DNA of 53,376 bases, taken from Chromera velia (lineage: Eukaryota). Positions 13,545-24,400 of the stretch are shown piece after piece. Where the stretch lies: contig JAHBMJ010000231.1 in assembly GCA_018398765.1 (NCBI GenBank), positions 1 through 53,376 of the forward strand, given 5' to 3'. A model generated the notes under the pieces. It was not told the origin of the DNA. It searched no databases and was given only the letters and a program-made list of their open reading frames with translations. Both the position numbers and the translations under genes were made by a program. Numbering within the stretch: the first letter of the stretch is position 1; every line of letters begins with the position of its first letter.

Positions 13545-14165
13545 CCATATTCTCTCTGTGTTCTGTCTCTTCTGAGGTTATCTCTCTCTCCCACGTGACC
13601 CTCTTTGGGAATTCTACTCCGATATGTGAATTGAAATCCCCCAGGACCAGTCGCGTAGCCGATAGAGGGACTCAGGGACATCACACACCACGTTTAACAG
13701 AAATTCCCTTTCCTGTTCCTTTGAGATCCCGTCCCTCAAACCCCTAACAGCGCCTCTCTGCAGAAAGTATACACCAAAAATAAAAAGAGAACCCCCACCC
13801 CCCACCTTCCATGTCTTCCCCCCTTCTTGCATACACCTTTGTACCTGCAGTCTGACAATGTTCGGCCCACACAGTTTCCATTGAGGTTTCAGGTGGACAT
13901 ACAGGCTTTTTGTAACAAGAATGCAGACCCCACCTGTATTTTGTTCCTTGTTCTGTGCCTTCCCACGCATCCCCAGCTTCCTTCTATACCACTCCTTATG
14001 TGAATAATTCCAGCCAGAATGCTTTCCCGCAATTACTTTCGCAGAGGGAAACCGCGTCTCTGTGAGCACGGCAATGTCCACCCCCCGCAGCCATCTATCA
14101 AGAGAACCATTAGAAATTTTAGATCTCAAGCTGCCTACATTCAACGTCGCGACGACCAGTTGTCT
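13545..14165 (-). pseudogene. APE/EEP-type endonuclease of a LINE, frameshifted and truncated
   Basis: LVVATLNVGSLR ... DIAVLTETRF ... GGVCILV ... LFIFGVYF, then in a shifted frame at about 13650 LVLGDFNSHIG. The sequence turns AT-rich before the C-terminal SDH motif. Confidence 0.85.
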
Positions 14166-14489
14166 TTCTGTTTATCCGACTACCTCAAAGGGTGCAGACG
14201 GGGAGGAAAGGGAAGGAGGGGCTGTTTCGAACACCCAAGGAGGAATTAAAGAGGGTGCGGACAGACGGGGGAGAGAAGAACGAGAATAACCACGAAGAGA
14301 AGAAGAAGAAGGGGAAGAAGAAGAAGGAGAAGAAGAAGAGGGTGAAGAAGGTGAAGAAAGATAAGGAGAAGGAGAGTCGGAAGTACACTTTAAGGGAGAG
14401 ATGTGAAACAAGGAATCGGAGGAAGAAGCCGAAGGGGGGGGTATCTCTGGAGAGGTGGGGGATACCACTTGGCCTGCTCGTTTCTTTTC

Positions 14490-14807
14490 CCTAAAATTCT
14501 CTATCAATTCTCTAGGTACCTCCCCTGCAGGAACCCAACAAGGCCTGCCCCACCCCTTTTTTTGACTCTATACTGTCTGTCTAGCCCCCTACCCCTTGTG
14601 CCTTCCACCTTCCTTATCTTTCTATTCTCTGTCTCTGGTATCTCCCTACTCTCTCCTCTCCTTCTATTCCAAAATTTAGTGATAAGCTCTTTAGAGACCG
14701 AGCCCCTCAGAACCCAGACTCTCCCCTCTTCGCCCTTCTTCCTTACCTCATACTCCCTTTGTCTTTTCCTTCCCCTAACCGATGCAATGCTCTCTATTGA
14801 CCCATTC
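14490..14807 (-). pseudogene. Two tandem chromodomain-like repeats (frameshifted)
   Basis: Repeat 1: EW/SIESIASVRGRKRQREYEVRKKGEEGRVWVLRGSVSKELITKF. Repeat 2: KIRKVEGTRGRGLDRQYRVKK/KGWGRPCWVPAGEVPRELIENF, with a shift in the A7 run at 14557-14563. Both follow the chromodomain pattern I..I...R......Y.V..KG.....W.....V..ELI..F. Confidence 0.6.
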
Positions 14808-15483
14808 ACTTCCCCTCCCCCACTGCCATAAGTCCCCAAAAGGAAAAGTCCGCAGCCCTTTTTTCCTAAAATCTCCCCAGACACTATGCAGGGGGGTCTC
14901 TGCTTCTTCCTTCTTCTCTTTCTTTTGTTTCCTTTTGGCTAGCCTTTTGGGTGTTCTGTTGGGAGCGCAAGGTGCCTCCCCTCTTCGACGTAAAGCAACA
15001 GGGCAGGACGGTGGGGGGCTTGCTCTTCTACCAACGGATAAAAAGAAATAGTAAAAGGGGAAAGAGAAGAAGAAAGAGAGAAAGAAGAGGAAGGATCCCC
15101 CCAGTGAACTGGTCTCTCCCCCCCCTCCCCTCCCTGTCCTTTCTCACCCTTATTCTTGCCCATACTAGGTCCGGAGGAAGGGGAAGAGAAGAAAAAAGCA
15201 GGAGAAGAAGGAGAAGGAGGAGGAGGTGGGGGAGAAAACGAAGGTGAAGTGAAGTGCTTCTGTCGATCGGAAGATTCGAAAGGGGGAGGGGAGGGTCTAG
15301 CCGGCCTTGTGATAGACGTTTGGCCCCTCCCCCCTCTAGCCGTGTCACAAGGCCTGGCGCCGCAAACATTGTCAGTCTGCATTCGGGAGCGAGAAGAGGA
15401 GGATAAATGTATGGAGTCATAAATCGGCATCTGTAAATTATTCAAAGCAAGATAGGAACAGACAGGAGGAGGAGAAGAAGAAG

Positions 15484-16062
15484 TGTGAATCCGTGTGATC
15501 GGGGGGGCATGACCAGCACCACCGGCCCGGGGATGCACCCCATGTAAGAGAGTACCTGGGCGGGGCGAGCAGGACAGGAGAGTCTCGCGCGGGACTCTGA
15601 CGCACGCATTTCAGGATAGCCAGCAGTTCCGGCACTGGAATGCATCTTGCACGGTCCGGGCCAATGTGACGTGCACGCGGCTTGGATGACAGTACAGCTG
15701 ATGGCCCGGTCGGGGTCCGCTGGCTGGTAGGTATGTGTCACAGGAAATTCATGGAAGGAATTTCCCAAGCGATCAGACAGAAGTAAAGACAGATGGAAGT
15801 ATAGACCGATAGCACTAGCATGATTCATCATACCTTATGTGTTCTGTGTGAAGAGCTTCTGTCAGCCCCTATTCTTATCTCTAGAGGTTGTCTAGGGATA
15901 GAGAATTCTTATGTGAGATTCTAGAGCCAGACTGGCTCAAGGTTGCACTGTCCAAGTCTCTGGGTAGTGGAGAAATCAGTCTCGGTCCGAGACAAGCCGC
16001 TTGTATCCGGAGGAGGAACCTGACTCGAATAGAGAGCGTGCAGGTACGTTCACATTTCTACT
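15484..16062 (+). repeat. 5' LTR
   Basis: TGTGAATCCG...CATTTCTACT. About 90% identical to 29811-30394 by manual alignment. Confidence 0.92.
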
Positions 16063-16078
16063 GGTGCCGTTTGAGGCG
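16062..16078 (+). promoter_or_regulatory. Putative primer-binding site TGGTGCCGTTTGAGG
   Basis: Begins with TGG immediately at the LTR end. TGGTGCCG is complementary to a tRNA 3' end of the ...CGGCACCA type (His- or Phe-like); identity unresolved. Confidence 0.55.
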
Positions 16079-16155
16079 AGTCCCTCCAGTCACACAGCAA
16101 TTAAATACTCACATTATCGAGTCACATACCTCCACCTGGCTTACACGCCCCTTTC

Positions 16156-16894
16156 ATGCAGGTTCGTGGTGTCATCAACATGATCCCTACACCGAGTGAT
16201 GACCCACTGGGGACAGGACAAGTCCTCCAGCTGGAGTCTATCAACTCGGAAACCATCTGGCTCAAGTGGATGCAGGGTACCAGGATGCGTGCTACTGAGT
16301 ATCGGATGAAGCTGGTGGCCAAGTCCCCCGATAAAGAGGGGGCAGAACGAGCTCGCCTTGTACAGGTAGCGGCAGTGGAAGTCAACGCTTTGAGAGACGT
16401 CATCAAGATTCCCCACGTCTCAGTAGCAGTCGTGGTGAGATGGCAGTCAATCGTGGATTCGGAAGGGTACGACCGATCCCCTTCGGCTGCCTACCTCACT
16501 GCTTACCAAGCACTCAAGACAAATCTATCCCAAACGGTGTTCAACATGAAAATGGTCTCCAAAATTATCATATCCATCAAGCATTTTTACGTATTAAACA
16601 ATGATCAAAAACTTAAAACAAAGAGTTTTAAACGGTTTCAGAGTGTCATTAAGTATTTTTTAAATCATAGTTAGTAAGAGAATTTTATATCAATTTGATT
16701 TATGATAACTCTAGTAATAACTATATGTATTTAAATTCGATTTATGATTTTAAGTTTTTAACTCTCTAAAATATTCTCTTCACAATAGTTAAATTGATCT
16801 TAAGCTTTTAACAAAAAGATTAAAAATATGTGAAACATAGTGTAGAGCTTTTACGAGCATCACAATTAATTTTATTAATATGTTATTATTATTA

Positions 16895-16935
<41 letters not shown>

Positions 16936-18944
16936 GACACACACATATACATACTACTGTGTGCTAGACTGTATGATGACTACTGTGCGCCCAAACTATC
17001 TCAAACACAACATATATTTTTTTTTTACTAACTTCACTTTAAAAACAAGAAATCATACTGTTTGATCGTTTAAAACTCCTTGTTTTAGGCTTTTAAGTGT
17101 TGCTTATTACCTAAAAAAGCTTGAGAGATATAATTTTTTTGGAGACCGTTTTACTGTTGGAGATTGTTTAGGATAGATTTGTCTTACTCCCTCACTCCAT
17201 CTATATGCTTTGTACGTCCAAAATGATAGGGTGGAGGGAGAAGCTAACCGTCCCCGCCTCTGGTTATGGGGGACAGGGAATCCAATCCTATCTGGACGTT
17301 CCTGATGGACTCCTTCCTCCGTTATGGAAGAAGGATCGCCCTCTGGGGGTTGAGGGTCAGGGGGAGCCGGCAGTGGTCACTTTACCATCTCTCTCTGTCC
17401 CTTCAGTTCTCTCTCCCAACTATGTCGAACAGCATCAGGCTCAGCTGCTGCAGGCTGTACAAGCTGTCCTGACATTGATATTAGGGGAGGGTGCCACCGT
17501 CTCTCTTCGTCTGGGAGAGCAAGAGGCAGCGGCATCAGCGATGGAGATCAACATCGCCACTTTGGCTGAGAGTGTTGTTGGTTCGATCTCCACCACTGAG
17601 ACACTCCTAGGAGCAGCCAAGCATATGATTGCCGATTATTCCTCCGCCCTCGCAACCGCCAATCCCACCATCACCATCAAGGATGAAGACGGTGTTGAAG
17701 TGAAAGGAGAAGTGGGAGAGGGGGAGGAGGAAGTCAAGCATGAGGAAGGTGCGGGTGGGGCGCAGGGGGCTGCTGTGGATGCATCAGCTAGCCTCCCTGC
17801 GAGGGTTGGGTCTGGAGGGGAGGACGTGCCATTTCTCACGTTTGAGGAGATATTGGTGAACCATCTTCAAAACCTCCTGGAACTGAGAGATTATACCTAT
17901 GTAGCTCTTATCTAGTCGTTTATCCACACCGTGGAGAAACAAGAGCGCATGCTATGCTCCTGGATCCTGGGGGAGTGTATGCAGGAAGTCAAATACACAT
18001 CCTTCCAGGAACTCCTATCCCGTATCGACCTCATTGTCATCTATATCAACACCTACCGTCTGAATGGTCTCATACTTTATGAGATCTGGGCAGCGGTGGC
18101 TGGGGGGGGCATTCCCGACAATCTGATCAACAGTTGGAAGGATAGTCGGGAGGCAGGTTTCAACCCTCGCAGCTTCCACTCCCTCTTTCCCATCATTGTC
18201 GAATGGTCTCAGGACTATCGACAAAACCTCTACATTGTGGAGCACACTACCCACCACCTCCTTGATGACCTCAGGCAGATGTGTCGTATGTGGACTGACC
18301 GGACCGGTATGTCTGCGGGGTCTCAGGCTGTCACTGTTCTATTTACAGGCCCCTCTCACATTCCTCCTCGCGGGGCATCCCGATCCCCGGCCCCGCAGAA
18401 GAACAAGGGGTGGGGAAAGACTCCTTCCCTCCCTGATGATAGGTGCCCTCATAGATTTAAACGATAGAATCAGGGGGCTTGGCCTGTTAAGCAGGTGAGT
18501 GGGGGATGGATGTGTTCCCGCTGTGGGCAAACGGATGGAGTCACCTAGTAAGGTCACATGCCGGGAGACAACTACCGTATCTGCCCCTATTATAACAGGG
18601 ATTGTGGGAAGTGTGGGTGGTTGGGGCACAAGCGTTCTTGTTGCCCCGCCAAAGATCATGAGAAGGCGCCGTCAAAAGCCCCCCGAGGTAACAGTGTCCC
18701 CCCTGCCTCCGGTGGCGGAGGGGGAGGGGGACCCCCCCGAGGAGGGAGTGGTGGTGGTAACAGGGGGGGGAACAGAGGTCGTGGCCGAGGGGGAGGTAGG
18801 GAAGGAGGAGGTAGTGGAGGAGGGGGAGGTAGCGGAGGTGGCGGCCAGCAAGGAGGCGCCTCAAGAAGAGGAGGTAGCACCCAAGAACATCGAGGTGGAG
18901 GAGGAGGAAACCGTGGGGGCGGGTCCTCCTCAGGAGGTCTGTAG
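16156..18944 (+). pseudogene. gag-like ORF with zinc knuckles and RGG-rich tail
   Basis: ORFs 16156, 17205, 17931 and 18558 form one frame after removing the 16516-17185 insertion and reading through TAG/TAA stops. CCHC knuckle CGKCGWLGHKRSCC at 18603-18644, preceded by a degenerate CSRC...GH...C. Confidence 0.8.
16516..17185. mobile_element. Non-autonomous TIR element (MITE-like), 670 bp, 4-bp TSD ACTC
   Basis: Ends AAGACAAATCTATCCCAAAC / GTTTAGGATAGATTTGTCTT, with imperfect inverted homology over about 120 bp. ACTC at 16512-16515 and 17186-17189. AT-rich interior with (TA)n. Confidence 0.9.
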
Positions 18945-21668
18945 CCTTCTCGGGGGGGAGGGGTAGGGAGGTTCGACCCTAGAAGTACGCCTGGATATTC
19001 TCATTTCCAGCCGGCCGTTCTAAGGATTCGGTCTCCTGAGGATCCTTGCTGGGAGGTTATCCCTCAAGGTCCGTACTCTATCCCCACCGATGAAGCCAAG
19101 CAGATCCTCTTGCAGACAGATGCAGAGCTCCCCGGAACCACATCTCCAACTCCTGAAGACCCTGAGTCTCCGGTGGAAGGGACGCATCCCCCTCCCGCTG
19201 TATTTACGCAGCAGCTCTTCGTCTCATTTCCGTTCCCTGAGGGCGCATCAAGGAATCCCCATCAGTATTCTACCTTCGGGGAAATCTTTGACAACCTGGA
19301 GGAAGTCCAGGCTGTAGTCACTCAGGGGGATGACCCTACACCTTTGCAGGTTACGGTCATTCAACAGGACGTGATTGTGGGGGCCTCTCCGTGGGCCCTC
19401 CGTCGACGAAGATTTGAGGAGGAGTTAGGTATGCAGCGCGCGTTGGTTGCGTTGGGTCCCAACCCCAGCCCTGTGGATCTCCAGGGATGCCGTCTTATCT
19501 ACCTCGAGAGAGAGAGGGATCGCAGGCTCCGCATCCGCCCTCGATTGACGGAAAGAGTCGACGGAACCGCAAGGGTGAGGTATGGGAGGAAGGGGAAGGA
19601 AAAGGTCAGAGCCAGACTCAGGTCTGTCTCAGCTACAACCCAATCCTCCAAGCAGAATCAGTACAAGGAGGAGACGTTGTACCCAGGAAATCTGTACAGG
19701 GACCAAAAGTGGGAGAGGGAGGTTCCCGACACCACTACTCGTCTATTCTCAAGGACCCCAGCTGACCCTACGTACAGCTGGCCCCATGCCCTGCAGGCAA
19801 ATTCGCTGGTCCACTTTGAGGAGTTTGATGAGGGTGCTCATAAACTCGCTCTTATGCTGGAAGCAGCAGCAGCTGAAGGAATCAAGGTCAACGCTAGACC
19901 CAAGCCCCGCTCATTCTCCCTTGAGCGCTACCAGAAAAGCCGAGGCAAGCCCGCCTTTGCTTCTTAGAGTAGCACTCCATCCAGGTCTATCCCCATTCCT
20001 GATGAGGTTCTCAAAGGAAAGGGGATAGAGCCACTAGCAGGCTCCTCAGTTGTCCTCCCTGGTAGGCAGCCCGTCCTTTACATCGCTCCCGAGGGTAGTG
20101 GGGCAGTGTCAGAGGGGGAGTATGGGAGGAAGAGAGGTGGAAGGTCCCTTTCTATGGAGAGAGGACTCTCTGCCCCTTCTCCGCTCTCTTCTTCCTCCAG
20201 TTCCGATAAGAGTAATCCAGGTAGGGGGAAGAAGGCTGCAAGAGCCAGGGGAGGTCACTCACGAGGAAGGGAAGAGGCCTTAATGTGTCCAAATTTGCGG
20301 CAGTACAATATGGACCAAGGACCCCTTCGACAGCCGTAAAGAGAGTGAGGGGGTGGGAGGATAGCATTAAGGACCCTCAGGAGATCGGAGAGGATGATCT
20401 CTATGACAGTGATCTGTGAAAAACACATGATATGACCTGTGGTGACTTGAGGAAGGCTAGGAGGTCAATCCGATGCCAACTGACAGTCGCAGGAGAGTCA
20501 TACATCCTCGCCCAAGCACGTAAGCATGCCCGTAGGAGACAGCTATCTCTCTAGATCAAGGAAGCGCTACAGGTCTAGCAGCCTGTTTCTGATATGAAAG
20601 TCACGGATGAGGGACTTTTTATCCCTGACGACGGTTCGTCTGCCTTCCACCTCAGCTAGATAGAAGAGCACTATGCAGCTGAGCGGGAGATCGCAGCACG
20701 AAATGGGAGGGTGTCACCTCCGCGCAGGGGATCACCTACGCATAGGGGGTCGCCTCAGCGTAGGTGTATTGATAGCCTTCCCATCGGAGAGAGGGGTAGG
20801 TATCTTGCGGAGCACCCCACTCCTGAGAGGCCTCTTATGATCCAGCGTATGAGGGAGGTGGAAGATCGTTCCTCAGGACGCAGAGGGACGACCACCCCCC
20901 CCGCCACTGAGCCCCTGCTCTCTTACAAGCAGATTCTTGGGGATCCTAACAATATTCCCCGAGAGGCTCAGCTTGAGCGCAACACCCGGAGTCAGATCCG
21001 ATAGTTTGTCGGTGACATCTGAGGGATGGGGGAGGATCACATGACTCCATCCCCTGAGGGCTCTGGTCTGGACATGGACCAGCAGGCCTGGAGGAAGCGT
21101 CTTGATGAGCGTCCCCACCACCGCCATGATTATTGTGAGGAGTTTGTGAAAGAGGACCAGCGAGTCAGCGCGCCTGGTATTGACCTGTGCCCTGAGAGTA
21201 TGGGCCCCGACGCCTACGTGGAGGGTAGGACTGACCTTGCTCCGGAGAGGGAGCCTCCCACCAGCAAGGATGGTATCCTCACATGGGGTATGTAGAGGCA
21301 CACCAGGCGGGTGGCTAAGGGTAAATGGGGGGTCAGTGATGGCGAGCGCAGGTTCACGTGCCTCCGAAATCACTACCGCCGCCAAGTCACCCATGAGCCG
21401 CAAGCGGATGTCCGCGCGAGGGCTATTCGGCAGGATCTGGCAGCGGAGGAGTGCTAGGAAGGAGTGTGAAGAGCGGTTTGCTCTTGGCATCCGCATCGAT
21501 CCACTCGAGGCTGAATACCATGACAGGGCCTCCAATGAGGAGAAATTCCTATCTGCGGAGCCTAAGTACTCTGAGCAGATCTACGTGGAACGGGTTGAGG
21601 GGGTAACCGTTCCGCAGACCCGGTACTATGAGGAGTGTGTCTTAGATTGGATGGCAAACGTACTGTAG

Positions 21669-21960
21669 GCGGGGTGTGATTTGACATGTTTTTACAACCT
21701 CGCCTCACACTAAGTCTACCGGGTCCTGAAGGAAATGGGTGCCATTGTCTGGGAGAGAGATGTAGAGTCGATCGATATCTTCGGTCTGGAAGATTCGACT
21801 ATGGCTGTTCATCTCCTCATTACTGGGAGGCTTGGCCTTTGGAGGGTCGACGGAACGGCGTTCAACGCTGTTGTCCCTCTGGCTATCACCCCAAAGGGAT
21901 CAGTCATCTGTCGTGATTATCCCTTGCTCTTCACCAACCTGTTGGGGGGGGCGATATGGA
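21669..21960 (+). pseudogene. Possible degenerate retropepsin (aspartic protease)
   Basis: AGCDLTCFYNLASH*VYRVL...IDIFGLED resembles the retropepsin A..D(T/S)G...N..S...Y..L...I.G pattern and sits upstream of the integrase. The canonical D-S/T-G is not intact. Confidence 0.35.
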
Positions 21961-22529
21961 TTGAGACTCACCTAGCCATCCTGAGGCTAATCAGGGAGGC
22001 TGAACGTGAAACTCTGGGCCTCACAGGACATGTTGGTGCCTGGCATATGACTGATGGGACCGATCAGCCCCAGATCCCATCATTTATATGGTTGGAGACG
22101 ATGGCTGACACTCGGGGGGAAGTGCAGCCCAGGGCCTCTATCCAGGTCCTGATCCAGCACCCATGGGGCAGGCACACCAGTGCGGATCCAGGGGACCCTG
22201 TATGGAAAGCTACCATCAACCTCCGTATAATCCCCATCCTCCGAGGTACAAGTGACAAACGGGGGGTGATCAACCGACTCTCTGAGGTCATCAGAGAGAT
22301 TTGGGAGGTCTCCCACCTCCCGTATACTCGGGTTGTCCTTAGGGGCCATCCACGAATTGATAGTGAACCGGTCACAACCCACAGCGTGCTCCCTGTTCGT
22401 CAGTCACTTGCAGCCGCAGCACTCAACCACATCCGATGCTCTCGTCTCCGAGTAGAGCAGTGGGGTGAGGTGCTGACGATACTAGTGACAACGCCAGATC
22501 CCATCCGGAACAGCCTTCTCCTGAAGGCC

Positions 22530-23240
22530 CTCCACCGTCAATTTGCCCACGCGGTTGGACGAAGGTTTGTGAAGACGTTGGCTAGGACGTTAGAGAGGTT
22601 GGGGATTCCAGTTCAGGAGAAGGAGGTGAGGACAATGCAGCAGATGGGTATGTGTGGGGTGTATGGTCCGAAGAACGTTACCCACCCAGGCCTTAAGGCC
22701 TCCACGTCAAGGGACGGGTCTGACACTCCACCCAGATACCGTGTCGGGATTGACACGGTGTAGGTGAATGAGCCTGAAGCGGTTCGTCTCAGTGGGGGCT
22801 ACAAGGGATGGATCGTTTTTATGTGCCTGCAAAACAAGGGGGTTCCTCAATTGGCCAGTCAAATCCTGGAAGGGGACTGAGGTCATAGAGGGACTCTTCT
22901 ACTGGGCCCGATTTTTCGGATTTCCCGCCATCATTGTCTGTGACCTTGCAAAAGAGTTCATGGAGGGGATCTTCACACAGTTCTGTCGGGACTGGCAGGC
23001 CTCAGGCCTGCCGCACTTCATCTTCCTGGAGGAGGCCATTCCATACGTAAAGAGGCAACTGGGGTCTCTTAAGAGAATCAAACAAGTCTCCCGAGAGGCC
23101 CTCCAGGCGTACATGGCCGATCCTAGTAAGCGCTTCCCTCTACACGTGTGGCACTTTGTGTGCATAGGGAGTGCGTGGGCCGTTATGGGGATCTACTCTG
23201 CCCAGTTGGGGCAGTCTCCCCATAAGGCACTCACAGGTTG
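22530..23240 (+). pseudogene. Integrase (HHCC remnant plus DDE core)
   Basis: LHRQFAH, then RVGIDTV, a frameshift at about 22765, WARFFGFPAIIVCDLAKEF, PYVKRQLGSLKR (catalytic E apparently mutated to K) and LGQSPHKALTG. Confidence 0.88.
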
Positions 23241-24039
23241 TGTACCCTCTGCGTGGATGTTGGGGGATTTGGCCCTCATCAGCCTTCCTGTGTCAGATCT
23301 TGACACACGGGGCCAGTATGTGGTGGTCCTCACCCCGTTTTCTCATGAGCAGTGGGCTGTGCTTCATAAGCACCCTCTGGACAGGTACAGTCCAGTAGAG
23401 GGTCACACAGATAAGGGCACGATGGTAGCCACCGTCCTCCGAGTCCATCACCAGCAGCTCAATGTGGTGGAAACCAACCTGTGGGAAGCGTGGCTCACGC
23501 CAGAGGAGCGATTTTGGGTTGTTGAGACATTGGAACTAGGCGGTGAGGTGGTGGCCCATACGTTGGAGCCCTGGCCTCCATTGCAGGAGTGGCTGAAGTA
23601 TGCCGCTCTCACGGTTGGTGGGAGCGGTAAGGGGAAGAGGTATGGGAAAATTACTGGGGGGGTGATGGAATTTGCTCGTCCGGACAGGGTCCTCGAGATG
23701 AAGAGACGCATCTTAGGAATCCCCACTCAACCCCCCCCGTCTGTCTATACCCCTATTCCTCTATGGCCGGGCCATCCATATACAGGCTCTTACCTTCCCA
23801 AGTACCGACAATGAATCCCTGACCCCATCGAAGAAGGGGGCCCCAGGCCTGGAGACGCCCTTCGCGATGGGGGGGTGCACGGACCCCCTCCCACTGAAGT
23901 TCACAGAGAGGGGGGGCCTATGTGGCAGGTATATGTTATAAAAGGGAGGGAATATCGTGTAAATGCTGGTGAGCGGTCCGTTAACCAAGGCACCATCGTA
24001 GCTGAGCCTCCCTCCCTCCAACCCCAGGACAAGCGCCCC

Positions 24040-24400
24040 ATCCATCTGGCTGAGGACTCCCGAGGGGGAAAGGATCCCTCCTCCTCCGATCCCTTCTACA
24101 GAGTTGATCTGGTGGAAATGATCACAATGGAGAACCAGTGGGTGGGGAATCGCAACGCTTCGCAGGTGTTTCAGGATGCCTTGGTAAAGGGAAAGGGCAG
24201 GCTCACCCTCCCGGCAGAGATGGTGGGACAATTGCCTTACTAGGGTATCCTCTCAGTAGCAGGAGTTCCAGTATGGCAGCAGTTGGTCCCCAACGCCTAC
24301 CGTGACTAGATTGTAGGTCTCATCCTCCCCTACCCCAACAGCACCACTATCACAGGAATTAAGCAGAATCAGATTGTGGGACAGCTGAAGCCGCCCCCCT
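24040..24400 (+). pseudogene. Degenerate trimeric dUTPase-like domain in the copia polyprotein
   Basis: In frame with the integrase. LAEDSRGGKDPSSSDPFYRVDLVEMITM...ALVKGKGRLTLPAEMVGQLPY*GILSVAGVPVWQQLVPNAYRD*IVGLILPYPNSTTITGIKQNQIVGQL matches dUTPase spacing. Catalytic motifs are altered. Confidence 0.55.

Larger units (their letters stand above)
13540..15483 (-). mobile_element. Decayed non-LTR retrotransposon (LINE-like), downstream part: chromodomain-like pair plus APE endonuclease, RT missing
   Basis: APE motifs plus upstream low-complexity ORFs. Contiguous with 30395-34330 once the copia element and one AGAAG TSD are removed. Confidence 0.65.

Noticed and set aside
16516..17185. Spliceosomal intron (introner) in gag
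   Set aside because: Ends are AAG..CTT, not GT..AG; TIRs and TSD indicate a plain insertion.
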